64,000 bases of DNA from Eledone cirrhosa (GCA_964016885.1 OZ024744.1:78926001-78990000); one strand, 5' to 3'. Positions 17,941-30,945 are shown, counted from the stretch's first letter. Numbers and translations are program-made. Notes: a model not told the origin generated them from the sequence alone.

Positions 17941-18095
17941 TAATAATTGTTTCTACTTTTGGCACAAGACCAGCAATTATCCCAGTGTATTACTGTTGCT
18001 TTATTTTGTCGACCCTGTAAGGATGAAAGGCAAAGTTAACCTCAGCAGGATTTGAACTCAGAATGTAAAGGGCCATGACTATGCTGCAACGCATT
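17941..18095 (-). mobile_element. Meta-domain tRNA SINE (partial)
   Basis: B box gagttcaaatcc followed by gcctttcatccttacagggtcgac. Confidence 0.8.
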
Positions 18096-18169
18096 GTAGC
18101 AGAACATGGTTAGGGTCCTGTTTTTGCAAGAAATAGATTCTCACTCTGAGCAAAAGGATAGATTGTATG

Positions 18170-18470
18170 ATGTTTTGGAGCACAAATGAGCTGAGAGAAA
18201 AACTAGGTATAAGAGGGATCAGATGTTATGTGTGCAACAGAGAAGACTATTGGTTAGGGAGATGATGTGTACGAACGATAGTAGCTGGGTTAAAAAGTGT
18301 CATGAGTTCTAAATGAAAGTATGCAGTAGAAGACTGAAGAAGACATGAGCAGAAGTGTTGAAAAGTTCATTTCATGGTGCTGAATCTCAACGATACAAGT
18401 GATGAGATGCTGTGGAGAAAAAAACATGTCCAACCCATGCAAACAGAAAAAACAACATAAAATGATGAAT
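18170..18470 (+). mobile_element. degenerate RTE 3' fragment
   Basis: ELREKLGIRGIRC remnant and caacccatgc...aaaatgatg tail. Confidence 0.65.
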
Positions 18471-18589
18471 CTCATGCGCGCGTGTGTGTGTGTTTGTATA
18501 TGTATGGTTGTATGTGTGTATGTATATGTGTATTTCCCTGTGCAGGGACATGGAAGTACTCGGTTTGGTGCCCGAGTGTGTGGTTAGTC

Positions 18590-18965
18590 CACCAGGAGTG
18601 AGATCCCCAGTGCTTGTTAAGACACCATTCTTGGGGGAAGGAAAACTGATGTAAAACCTGCAACTCGATGGCAGTCAATGATGTTGACATGTTCTTCTCT
18701 TTGTATACCTGTCATTGTTGTTCAGAGAGTGGGGTTGTTCAAGTGCAAGGTCTTTTAAACTTAAAAGACCTTCAACCACAAGCATCACTTGATATAAACG
18801 ACTTTCACATGTGTTGCGTTGGCATGGCCTTTTCTTTTTCTTTCGCTGCAGCATATGTAGAAAGGAATCTAAACCCTTGCAGGGGCTAAAAAGTCATGTT
18901 CGTGCCACCCATGTATGAGGAAAAAGTCAAAGGATGGCAATTCTTGAAACCGAGATGCAGCCATT
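18590..18965 (+). mobile_element. old, diverged relative of the 1267-1874 element
   Basis: Shared blocks gaaggaaaactga, aatgatgttgac, ggctaaaaagtca and gcagcca followed by TA/TG. Confidence 0.6.
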
Positions 18966-19616
18966 ATATATGTATGTGTGTTGTTAGTCCTTCATAGTGT
19001 GATTTGAGTGAAAATTGGTTGTTATTTCTAGCGTTGAACACGGAGTGCTTATATTACTTCATACACATTACAAAGAAGTTTTTCCCCCCTCAAGTTTAAT
19101 TCATTATCTTAAGTATTTTACCTTTTTTTCTTTAAAGTTGTTTCTCTTTTCTCTCTCCCACCTCTATCTCTCTTTCTAAATATAAATTAGTGTATGAAAG
19201 TGTGCTCTGACAAAACCCAGTCCCGTTATTCAATCAGAGAGAAGGATGGAGGGGGAGGGGATGTTAAACTTTTCTTTGTTTTTTTCCTTCCTATCCCCCC
19301 CTTTTGGGGGGTTTTTCTTTTTAGTCACTTCAGCTCCGACGTATTCCGTGGGGATGCCCCACGCTTCCATGATCAACTCTCTACCAAGGACTTTACTACA
19401 GCCCTCCAGGGTTTCTCCAAATCAAAGCTCGTTAACCGGATCCCCAAGGGAGCTCGGAATAGCTTTACACATGCCCTCTCTAATTTATTGAAAAACGTTT
19501 GCTCATCCAACAATAGGTCTGACTGGCAGAAATTGTTTTTGTTTCATCTCATCTCTCTTCATGTGCACAATGCGAATTTGGGATGTATATCATCATCATC
19601 ATATATTATATATATA

Positions 19617-20000
19617 TCATCATCATCATCATCTTACGTCTGCCCCTCCCTGCTTGCAAGGGTGGGACGGGAACTGATTCTGGCTTGATTTCTACAGCTG
19701 GATGCCCTTCCTAACACCAACCTCATTTACAGTGAGTGCTGGGTGCTTTTTTGCCGTGGCACCTACACGTCCACTTTACAGTGTGGGCTGGCTGCTTTTC
19801 TGCCGTGGCACCTTCACGACCACTTTGCAGTGGAATGATAGGGACCCCAGTCCTATCATCTCATTTCTACAGCTGAGTAAACTGGAGCAATGTGAAATAA
19901 AGTGTCTTGCTCAAGGAAGCAACACATCACCCGGTCTGAGAATTGAACTCGCAACCTTTCGATTGCAAGGCCAATGCTCAACCACTAAGCCATGTGCTTC
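19617..20000 (-). mobile_element. CORE-domain tRNA SINE with RTE-type 3' end
   Basis: A box tggcttagtgg, B box gagttcaattc, CORE-like ccttgagcaagacactt, (ATG)n tail. Confidence 0.9.
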
Positions 20001-20006
20001 TGATAT

Positions 20007-20262
20007 GGAGGCACATGTTTCCTTGAGCAAGACACTTTATTTCACATTGTTCCAGTTAACTCAGCTGTAGAAATGAGATGATAGGGACTGGGGTCCCTAT
20101 CATTCCACTGCAAAGTGGTCGTGGAGGTGCCACGGCAAAAAAGCACCCAGCACTCACTGTAAATGAGGTTGGAGTTAGGAAAGGCATCCAGCTGTAGGAA
20201 TCAAGCCAGAATCAGTTCCTGTCCCACCCTTGCAAGCAGGGAAAAGCAGACGTGAAATGATA
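20007..20262 (+). mobile_element. CORE SINE copy lacking most of the tRNA head
   Basis: ggaggcacatg joined directly to tttccttgagcaagacac; head-to-head with the previous copy. Confidence 0.9.
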
Positions 20263-22738
20263 GATAGTAGTTTTCGTCCTCTCTCAAGCGGCAGTTCCAG
20301 CTGTTTGAGTCTATCCCAACCACATCTCACCTCAGTTCGACATTGAGCCTGGTGTCCACCAACAGACAACCGATAGACCTCAAGCGAAGCGGTCAATGCC
20401 AAATTCAGCGAATTTGAACATTAAAGGGGCTGTCCGTCTCCTCTGTTCTCCTTCGCTCCGTGCAACTCTGATTCTCTTGAGCGACTGAAAGAGAAGCCCC
20501 CATCGGGGCCCCCAGATGATCAGCCACACTGGCCCCAAACCACCAGAATACTCGAGACCAGTTTACACCACCGATATCATCAGAAAGGCGATTTCATCCT
20601 CCTCCGCTGCGTCAGGCATGGGAATCGACGGCCTTTCGTCCTCAACACCTCAAGGATGGTATCTCCTTATCGGCCGGTGACGCCGGACTCGAGCTCTTGG
20701 AGAGTCTGATTCAGTTTGTGAATCAGTTCTCTTCAGTGAACGTTCTCCTGTTCATCTGCCCACTGTTCTTCATTGCGAAGCTATTTGGTCTCACCAAGTC
20801 CAACGGAGACCTGCGCCCCATTGCAATTGGCTGCACCCCTCGCCGCCTTACTGCAAAGGCGTGTTTGCTGTTGGTCTCCAACTTACTGGCAGAGGAATTT
20901 TCCCCCATCCAGCTAGGGTGGGTACCAAGTTGGGATGTGAGGCTGCTGTCCATACTACCAGAGCCTTTATCAACTTGCCCTCCTCGTCCCCGCAGGTCAT
21001 CCTCAAATTTGACCTCAGGAATGCTTTTAACTCCGTCAGCCGCGAGAGAGGGTCTTACAACTCTATCACTTTCCTTGGCAGGCTTATTGGGAGTCCTCCT
21101 ACCTCTCTTTCGGTGACCAAACCATCACCTCTGCCTCAGGAGTCCAACAGGGTGACCCACTTAGGCCGCTCTGTTTGCACTGGGCGTTGATGACGTCACC
21201 AAGATACGGATTGAGTTGGACCTCAATGTCTAGTACCTCAATGATGTTTGTTTGGAGGGAACTCCAGATATGATTCTCTCCACTGCCAACAAAATGGTTG
21301 AGGGGCTTGGCCGCCGGGTTCTCCAGGTCAATAGCTCCAAATGTAAGCTCTGAATCCTCAACCACCTGGCTTCTCAACACCAACAGCTAATCGACCTGTT
21401 TGCAGAGTCCTTCCCTTCCATCGAGGCTTAGGAGCCCCAATCACAGACCTGGCCTTCGAGTCAATCTTCCAATCGAAGATGGTTGGCCTTGAGCAGCTGC
21501 TGAAGAATAATGAAGTTATCGAACCCCATCAAGGTTTCTTCATACTCAGGAACCACCTGTCTATCCTAAGCTTCTGTATCTGCTCAGTCAGCCCCTCTCA
21601 GATTTCCGTCCTGCCTCCAACGCTTCGACGACCTAATCTTCGAGAGACTCGAGTGCCTGGTCAATGTTAGACTCTCTCCAGAGTCCCGCGATCAGGCTGT
21701 GTTACCCAAGTGATTTGGGGGTCTTGGTCTTCGTAAGTGTTCGTCCCTCTCTCTCCCCTGCTTCCTTTCCTCCGCCCACGCTTGCTCCACCCTGGTGAGC
21801 ATCCTCTCCTCTCCTCTCCAACATGGACTAGTTCCAACAGGGAGTTGGATGAAGCTCTCCAGCAATGGAGTGAGTTGGGCTTGTCTCTTCCTGGAGAAGG
21901 TAGAGGACAGTCGAAGTCAGAGAACTTGGGACAGCATAAGTTTGAAGACCACCTTTGACTCCCTCTTCGTCCAGTCAGATCAGTTTGCAAGGTGCCGCTT
22001 ACTATCTGCCGCCGCCAAATACTCGGGCGACTGGTCAACTTTGGTGGCCTACTCAGCCTGGACGAACTTCGTATCTCCATCGCCCTCAGAGTCGGACCGC
22101 TGACAGCGAGGTTCCTTTCTTCACTAGCAGCTCGCCTAATTGAGATAACTGTCGAATCTCGCGAGGGTGCTTGGTTGTTGCAGCGCATCAGCCTCGCCAC
22201 CACCCAAGGCAAAGCTGCGAGTGTGCTGGCTTGTCTCAAAAATCATTAGAGGTTGCCCAGTACTCCTCGCGACGTTGCTGTCTTTTGCTCTGGTGTTGGC
22301 TCGGTTGTTCACCCCTTCCTTTTTCTTTAATATTGTAACATTTTCTTTAATATTGTAACATTAAAAGAATATATCTTTCTGAAAAAAAAAAAACCTAACT
22401 TGTTTTTATCATTCATGTATTTTATTTTTTTCAATGGAAATTATAAACATTTAAAAATTATTGGATTCCCTAAACTTCATCATTACAAAATGTATTTTTG
22501 TTGACTAATTTAACTTTAATATACAATTGAGTATATATCTATTTTTTTGTGGCTAATAGAAAACCCTTGAGGTTGACTTAGGACCTTTCATACTTCTCGA
22601 GTCGATAGAAAGATAGGTAAATTGATTGGGGAGGGATGTGGTGGCTTGTTTATGTAGTCGACACACTGAAAATAGCTCTCTTTGGTCTTGTTTAAAGTCA
22701 TTTTATTATTTTAATTATTATTAATTTAATTTAAAAAA

Positions 22739-22921
22739 AGGACGGTGGATTGGCAGTATCGGTAGAGGGTCGGACGCCATGCTTTGAAGCATAGAGTTAC
22801 GTCCCTTTACGATCTGAGTTCAAATCCCGCCGAGGTTGACTTTGCCTTTCATCCTTACGGGGTCGATGAAATAAAGTACCAGTAATGCACTAGGTAATTG
22901 CTGGCCTTGTAGAAGCAATTA
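22739..22921 (+). mobile_element. Meta-domain tRNA SINE
   Basis: tggcagtatcggtag A box, gagttcaaatcc B box, gcctttcatccttacggggtcgat; further partial copies at 23281-23380, 24030-24105, 24478-24660, 45390-45500 and 55855-56345. Confidence 0.88.
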
Positions 22922-23947
22922 TTAATTTAATAATTATTAGTATTACATCAAACAGCTAAGTACGAACTGTTTCACTATCACTTCGTGGGTTTGTTTATTA
23001 AAACACGTCTCATTCATCATAACCTAAGAAGCTATATTAAACCCATGGCCTGACTTGTAAGGTTTCAGGCATTTCGGGCTCTTCAATGTTTCATCCCACT
23101 CCAGCAAAAAACAACAACAAACTCCCAACACCGTCCCCTAGTGAGTCTCTGTCAGTTCTCTAACCTTCAGCCTAATGACGAGATGACCTCCTCTTATATT
23201 CTCAAAATTATTTTTCTCTCAGCTGTGTAGAAAGACACTCTATAGCGAAAGAAAGAAAAGTCACAATAAATAAATAATAATAATTGTTTCTATTTTTGGC
23301 ACAAGGCCAGCAAATACTCAGTACATTACTGGTACTTTATTTTATCGACCCCGTAAGGATGAATGGCAAAGTTAACCTGAAATAAATAATAATAATAAAA
23401 AAAAAAAAAGAAATATCACTGAAAAACACTTAAATTCCAGTTTAAACATTTTTCTCCTTGGTGAAATGTGACTTTTTTTCCTGTGATTTTATTTCCGTTC
23501 ACCACATACAAACAACTTTACTAATTGTTTCTGTTTTTTAATTATCTGTCTTAACCATTTGTATAATGACGAACTACTCCGAGTGTGTGTATATATATTA
23601 TATTATATGTATATATAAAATGTGGGTGTGTTGTTTTTCCTCTCCAGCTGTAATAATGTCTGTTTTGCTTGCTTCTTTTCCCGTCTAGAATTTCTTTCAG
23701 GTTTGGCTAATTTACTCGGCATAAACCTATCAACAACTAAACTAATTAATATAGCCAGATTCCTTGCAGGAAATATTCACTTCATTCTTTCTTCTGTAGC
23801 AATTTGTCCAACATCTTACACACGCGGACATTACACAACACACACGATACATTGTATACCTTTCATTTATATATATATATATATGCGTGATTGTGTGAAT
23901 GTATGCTATATATATGTGTGTGTGTGTGTGCGCGTGTGCGTGCGTGC

Positions 23948-23994
<47 letters not shown>

Positions 23995-24259
23995 CGCGTT
24001 GTTTCTAAGACGCTATTATTATTTTATCTTGGTGGGTCGATAAAATACAGTACCAGTAATACACTGAGATAATTGCTGGCCTTGTGCCAAAAGTAGAAAC
24101 AATTATTTTATCTTGGTGTATTTTTTTAAAATTTTACTAATCATATTGAATGTTTTTCCGCCTTAATAAATAGGGTAATTGAAGACCGGAGGAAAAGGCG
24201 AAAAGAAAATACAAAAATATACAATACAGACTAATATATTCTTTATTACTGAAATTATT

Positions 24260-24462
24260 ATTGGCAGTATCGGTAGAGCGTTGGATACCATGCTTTGCAG
24301 CACATAGTTATGGCCCTTTACGTTCTGAGTTCAAATCCTGTCGTGGTTAGCTTTGCCTTTCACCCTTGCGAGATCGATAAAATAAAGTACTAGAGTTAAT
24401 TTAACCGACTTTCCTCTTCCTTTCAAATTGCTGGTCTTATGCCAAAGGCAGAAACAATTATT
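24260..24462 (+). mobile_element. Meta-domain tRNA SINE
   Basis: Same family motifs as 22739-22921. Confidence 0.82.
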
Positions 24463-25502
24463 AGCACTATAATAAGAGCAATGGCTTGGTAGGATCGTTA
24501 GAGCGCCGTACCAAATGTTTTGTCGCATTTAGTTCCGATCTGCTACGTCCCCAGTTCAAATACCGCTTTTCGTGATTTCTGGGTCGATGAACTAAAGCTC
24601 CAGTGAATTAAAGCTCCAGTGAATTTCACTGGTGTCGGTTTAATCGACTTTCCTTCCCCTCCACTTCTTCACCATTATCATCATCATCACCATTTAGAAC
24701 CCCATTTTAAATAACTTACAAAATTATTTTTTCATCAAAGTAAGAAAGAAATTTTCCATCTGAATAATTTCTTGTTTTGTATTTTAATTTTAAATAAGAT
24801 GTTAAAGCTTTTGGTATTTCATTAGAATTAATGGTGTGATATGTTTGTTCCCATGTCCAGTTGTTATTTGTATGTGTTTGTGTAATTAATGCCTTTTTGG
24901 TAATCATTATTCAAAATGCATATATAATTTTTCTCTATACTGCCATCTCAAGATGAATGAGATTTTGTAATTTAACTGGTGACTGAGTCAGTCATCAAGA
25001 TTGCTTGTAGTACAATTAAGAGTGGTGTCTGTTACGAAATTACCATAACGACCATCCGCGGAAATGCTGCGAGTGTATTTACTGGATTGCTTCAAAAATT
25101 ATTGAAGGGAAACTTCGCGGCCCTTGTGGTGTGTGTTTGAATGTGTGGAGCTCACCCCGCTCATTTTTTCTTCTTTTTTTTTAGTTGTGTGTGTAATCTG
25201 TGTATGTGAAAGAAATGTATTTATTATAAACGTATACTACTACTACAAAAAAAAAAAAAAAAAAAAAGATTATCCTGATAAATAATTTTGCTCTTAAAAT
25301 ACTTCGACTGGTAACTAATTCAGGAAGCCCTGATTTATGCAAAATGTTTATAATTTCTTTTTCTTTTATGATGATTAACTCGAGTGGAGTTCGTGGTGCT
25401 GGCAACTGTAAATGTATTTTAAGTCTTGAGATGACCTTTCAAACTAAATGAGAACTGTGTTATTTTTGTCCTACACCTAAATCAAACCCCACTAACAAAA
25501 TT

Positions 25503-25585
25503 AATGTATGTAATGTATGTAATGTATGTAATGTATGTAATGTATGTAATGTATGTAATGTATGTAATGTATGTAATGTATGTAT
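25503..25585. repeat. (AATGTATGT)n 9-bp tandem repeat
   Basis: About 9 exact units. Confidence 0.95.
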
Positions 25586-26997
25586 GTTCTTCTGGTTTTA
25601 TAATTTAACAAAGTTTTACCAATAGAGAAAGAGTCAGTTTCTAACATAGACACAAGACTCTCTCATTTGAATTTACACATCAACTAGGTAGATATGTATG
25701 TATGTCTGCATGCATGCATGTGTAGATATGGATGTTATTGTATGTGTGGATGTGTATGTTTTGAGTTGTATGTGTGCATGTGTATATGCTTTGTATCTGT
25801 ACATGTGTATATGCAGTTATTAGATGCAACATTTTTGGAATGTTTTACATATTTTTACTGTTCCATTAATGGATTGTACTTATAATTTCCTAACTAGTTG
25901 TGTTCTTTCTGTTCCTGTGAAGCCTAGCTTCTCAAGATTTGTATTGAGGCAATTACTAACATATCCCAGTGCCCCAATAATCCCAGGCATAAATCTGAAG
26001 GTGTAATCAGGGTGGAGTATCTGCAGATTTCTCATCAGTTCTGCATAAATATTCTCCTTTTCACTAATCTTTGATATTGTATTGGCATCTGTCGGGCAGC
26101 TAATTTCCACTACTGTGCATGTTTTCTTTTCCATGTCCCATATCATAATATCTGGTCTGTTATGCCTGCATTTTATTAGGGTTTTTACTGGAACATTCCA
26201 CCAGTACTCTTTCATATTATGTACATGGATGTCTTCCACATTGCTGTAGGTTTTAATGTGTTTATTATCAGGGCTATCTTTTCTATGGATTGCATTGTAC
26301 AGTGTTTTGGCCACTACATCATGCCTCATAGGTAGATAGTACCGCGATGACATCTTTGGGCAGCTGTTGATGACATGGGTGATATCCTCGATGTTAGTTC
26401 TGCAGAGTCTGCACTTGTTATCACATCTAGGTGTTTTGCTTGCATCCCTATCTCGTTTGTGAATCAGGTATTTTGTGCTAATCTCCTGTTCTTCGATTGC
26501 AAAAGCGTATCCTTCAAAGTGGGAGCCAATATAGCGGTTGTTGGTCTAAGATAGACTACTTTCCTTATCTATATTACTCTCACTCTGGAGCTTCCTGGCA
26601 ACATATCCATGCATGATTTTTTGTGGATAGGCATGCAGTTTTTCATCCATGGATTCACTGTGATACTGCTGAGCGACATCCCTGAGTGTGAGTTTTTGAT
26701 TATCACACAGGGAATATCTCTCAAGGAGTTCCTTCCCAACTCTCATGATCTTATCTGTTTCATGCAGATAGACTTGCTCGAGAAGCGGGCTCCTACGCTT
26801 CGAGGTTCGTAGATGTTGTCGGAGAGATATGATGCGACATTCAAATGTTGTCTGGACTGATGTTAGGCCTCTGCCTCCCTGCTTACGTTTCAAGTAAAGG
26901 CGGTCTATGTCACTGTTGATGTGGAAGTTTTCGGTGTTGTTCAGTATTTGTCGAGTTCCAACATCAACTGCTCGGATTTCGTCTATCGTCCAATTGA
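25586..26997 (-). mobile_element. R4/Dong-like non-LTR element 3' part (CCHC knuckle plus RLE endonuclease)
   Basis: DIDRLYLKRKQGGRGL; CRLCRTNIEDITHVINSC; HNRPDIMIWD...VVEISCP...KENIY..L...IIGALG; in-frame stops present. Confidence 0.88.
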
Positions 26998-27025
26998 GTA
27001 TGTATGTATGTATGTATGTATGTAA

Positions 27026-28644
27026 TAGAGCCAAACAAGGCATTTAGTCTTGGCTGCTGGAACGTACGGACGCTGCTTGACAGGGATTCCTTGGAGCGCC
27101 CTGAACGAAAGACCGCTCTTAATGCAAAGGAGCTTCGACGTTACGATCTTGACATCGTGGCTTTATCTGAGACGAGGTTAGCTGGAGATGGTCATCTTAC
27201 AGAATTTTGTGGAGAATATACATTCTTCTGGAAAGGAAGAGATGAAGGAACCAGAAGAGAGGCTGGGGTAGGATTTGCTGTTAAGACTGTTCTTGTGAAT
27301 AAATTAGAAGAATTCCCAGTAGGGATTAGTGAGATCTTATGTCCATGAGAATTCTGCTGGACAAAGTAAGATATGCGACCCTGGTGATTGTGTATGCTCC
27401 AACTATGAATTCTGTCGATGAAGAAAGTGTCCTTTTACCATGCCTTGAAAGGTGTTTTAAGAAATATCCCTCAGGCAGACAAAGTCATCGTGCTTGCTGA
27501 CTTTAATGCTGGAGTGGGTAGGGATTTTAACATATGGAATGTAATTGGAAAGCATGGAGTGGGAAAGTATAACAACAATGGTATGCTCCTGCTGCAGATG
27601 TGTGAGGAGCTGGATCTGTGTGTTACCAACACCATGTTCCAACAAAAGAACAAATTCAAGACCACATGGATGCATCCTGCATCTAAGGAATGGCATCTTT
27701 TGGACTATGTCCTAGTCGGGATGCGTGACAGGCAGGATGTGCAGTGTGTTCGTGCTCTTCGTGGAACTGAGTGCTGGACGGACCATCGCCTGGTACGCGC
27801 AAAAGTGAAACTAATCACTAAACGTAAAATCCGGGCTCCTGGTGTTGCCCTGCCCAAAAGATTGAATGCTGCTCGTCTTAAGGATAAAAATGTGAAGAGG
27901 AAGTGGAAGAAGAGATGCAGGTTGCAGATCTTGGTGAGGATTGGCCGACCCTTAAAAAGTCGGTTTATGATGTAGTCAGGCGTGTTCTGGGATGGGTGCA
28001 GAGGAAACATCAGGACTGGTTTGATGAGAACGATGTACATATAGAAGACTTGTTGGCTGATAAGAGGCGTGCTCTGCCACGCTACTTGACGGCAAAACCA
28101 CAGGAGAGGAATACGTTGCATGAGGAACTCAAGGATGTAAAATCACGTGTTAGGCGGAGTCTTTCTCAGATGAAGGATCAGTGGTGGAGTGAGAAGGCTG
28201 GTGAGATACAAACTGCGTCTGATTCCAATAACACAAATCTGTTGTACAGTCTCTTGCGTGAGGTTTCTGGACCGTCTTCTTCTCTGGTGACACCGCTTCG
28301 CAGCAAGGATGGCAAAGAACTTCTTCGTGACTCACAAGGAATTCTACGAAGGTGGCGAGAGCACTTTGATGATCTGGACTCGAAAGTCATCTTCGCAGTC
28401 ATAAAGTAAGACCAGTGGTTGACTATCAGGCTGCTGTTGGAGATGCTACTCATCATGCTTGCCAAACATCTGGTAGAGAATGTAAATCAGCAGGAGGGCT
28501 CAAGCGACATGCAAAAGTACATGAACTCCAACCACAGCCGACTATTCCCAGTGAATGTTTTGGTTGCCGACTCTGTGCAAGACATTTTAGATCATTGGCT
28601 GGGCTAAAAAGCCACATTCGATCGCAGCACTGTTAGTTGCTATC

Positions 28645-28675
<31 letters not shown>

Positions 28676-29058
28676 GATATTTTTGTGTGCGTGTGTGTGT
28701 GTATATGTATATGTATATTATTGTTGTTGTCCTGTACTGTCCTTAATGTCTACTTTATGTAAACCCTTGTGGTTAATAAAGACAGCATTGTTGTTGTTGT
28801 CGTTATTATTATTACACGCAGAAATGCCCATTTGTACCGTCCTGTATTGTCCTGCACTGTCCTTAATGTCTACTTTATGTAAACCCTTGTGGTTAATAAA
28901 GAAATCATTATTATTGTTATTAATGTATATGTGTATGTATATATGTGTGTGTATATGTATGTGTATATATATATATATTTCTTTTTTTCTTTTATTTATT
29001 TATTAATATTTTTTTTCTCGTGCAATGGCCATACTCGATAACGAGGGGGCAGCCATCA
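27026..29058 (+). mobile_element. internally deleted RTE LINE (APE endonuclease joined to C-terminal C2H2 fingers; RT missing)
   Basis: WNVRTL, ALSETR, VGFAV, ADFNA, TW.HP.SK.WHLLDYVL, TDHRLV; junction near 28374 into SHLRSH...[22 protein letters not shown]; 3' hairpin ctcg-ataa-cgag at ~29035. Confidence 0.9.
28727..28920 (+). mobile_element. two short tandem L1/Tx1-like 3' ends
   Basis: Duplicated tgtccttaatgtctactttatgtaaacccttgtggttaataaaga with (TTG)/(TTA) tails; similar to cccctgtggctaataaaga at ~60022. Confidence 0.55.
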
Positions 29059-30819
29059 TGTATGTATGTGTGTGTGTGTGCACTCTCGCTTGTTATATAA
29101 TGATATTTTACAATTTATTTTTAATTGCTTAAGAGTATTTTTCAAGAGGTTGTATCGTTTGTTATTTATGATTCCGTAATTAAAAATATTTGTTTACGTA
29201 CAGAATAGGTCCTTAACCGAGGAAATAGTGTCTGTGTGTGGTTATTAGTCGAATCTGCTTATTACATGTATAACTCAATTTTATGTCCGTTCAGTAAATA
29301 TGCATTTTAATATGAGTGCCTGTGTATATACCTATGTATGTATGTACGTATATTTATATGTGTATGGTTTTCATATGTTGCTAATGCTATTTACATAAAC
29401 ACCGATACTTATTTTCAGAATCTCCCTATAAATCTGAAGATTACATTCCTAATTTCTGAATCATTACCATTTATTTTATTCAGTGAAAGAAAGTCATACC
29501 GATCACTAAACTAAGAAAACATCAGTGTTGTCGCTCGACTTGCTAGAAACAGCAACCAAATGTTTCTTAAACGACGACATTGCGTCCTAAATAAATTGAC
29601 ATATTCGAGAATGTAGTCAAGTCAAGAATATACACTTCCATGAGAGAGTGGGGGTGGGGGTGGGATTGGGAGAGTGTGTGTGTGGTGGTGGGGGGGGGGG
29701 GGGGGGGGGGATGATCATGACTGTAATACTCCAGAGCCGACCTAGGGTTAAATAATAAACAAACAATCATGTTGATGTCATTTTTCTAGCTTGCTTGGGT
29801 TGTAGCTTGTTAAGCAACACACACACACACGCGCATATAGCGTGACTTAGCTTCAGTTATTCAGAGGTACTCCTTCCTGTATAGCTTAGCAACCTGTCCC
29901 AAATTATTTATTTATTCAACACTGTTAATTAAAAACCACTAGTTCGTGAATTTAAACATTTCTATAGAATTCATGTGTATGTTATATAAAATATATAACA
30001 AAAACGATTTTATATGAGTGCTAATTATTGTTTTTCATTTAGAAAGAATTTCTAAATTTACTCTTCTTATTTGTCATGGTCTAACAATTCTTTTATTTAT
30101 TTATTTATTTAAATGATTCAGTCATTAAACTGCGGCCATGATGGAGCACCACTGCCCTAAAGGGATATTTAGTCAATCATATCCATACCAGTACTTAATT
30201 CATCAATCTCTTTTTGTTGAAACTCTAGTATGTGTGTGTGTGTATATGTGTGTGTATATATATATATATATTTATTTATTAAAATAACAGATTAAAGTTT
30301 AAGCAAAGAATCGCTGCTTTCACCCTTAACGGGATCTTCTGAAACTAACAAAGTCAATCTGTAAACGCAGAACTGGATATTTCAAAAAACGTTGCAACCG
30401 GAGGAAGACAGGAAGACGATACTTTGGTTCGTGGTGACGTTCGCTGGCAAAGAACGGGAAAAAACGAATAATACGTCATTAATAGGAGCGGTGAAAAACA
30501 ATTACGCGCAAAGACAAAACCACGTTTATGGTATAAAAGAGGTCGTAGACTAATGTTCTCTGGAAATGAACGAAAAAACGAAGATAAATTTATGTATAAT
30601 GTAGGAGGTGAGTTTTATTGTAGCACAATAAAGCAATGCAAATATCGGATAAGTAGCACTCAACAGTTTATTGGACTGGAGTATATATAAGAAGAAATTA
30701 AAAGATGGTTTAAAAAGTTCCATGTATTTTATTATGTGCAAATATCGACCCTGGATGATATTTGTTTATGAAATGAGCATAATAACTTACATGGAACTTT
30801 TTTAACCTTCTTTTAGTTT

Positions 30820-30945
30820 TTCTGGGAAATGCCTGTGCTCAGTATGTAGAAAAGGAGTAGGTAGAAATTCCATTCTATGTCCCAAATGCAAACTATGGGT
30901 ACATAAAAGATGTAGTGGGATCACATTGGAATAATGTAGTGGGAT
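30820..30945 (+). mobile_element. RTE PHD-finger fragment
   Basis: CSVCRKGVGRNSILCPKCKLWVHKRCSGIT. Confidence 0.85.

Larger units (their letters stand above)
19300..22393 (+). mobile_element. degenerate CRE-clade non-LTR retrotransposon, interrupted by two SINEs
   Basis: KSNGDLRPIAIG..RRLTAK, QLG.G..LGCEAAVH, LKFDLRNAFNS, GVQQGDPLG, (W)YL(D)D remnant, C-terminal QRISLA..QG.A; poly(A) at 22382-22393; many frameshifts and deletions. Confidence 0.85.

Noticed and set aside
23600-23722. Short minus-strand ORF MPSKLAKPERNSRREKKQAKQTLLQLERK
   Set aside because: About 39 codons, no splice donor and no recognisable homology
25020-25170. Possible Pol III or snRNA gene ending in a T run
   Set aside because: No recognisable match to U snRNAs, 7SK, SRP, RNase P/MRP or internal A/B boxes
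28415-28636. Host C2H2 zinc-finger gene
   Set aside because: The fingers are contiguous with RTE ORF sequence in the 38.3-kb copy and lack TGEKP linkers; they are TE-borne
29125-29155. ttcaagag|gt as the end of UBE2A exon 1
   Set aside because: Upstream codons do not encode MSTPARRRLMRD
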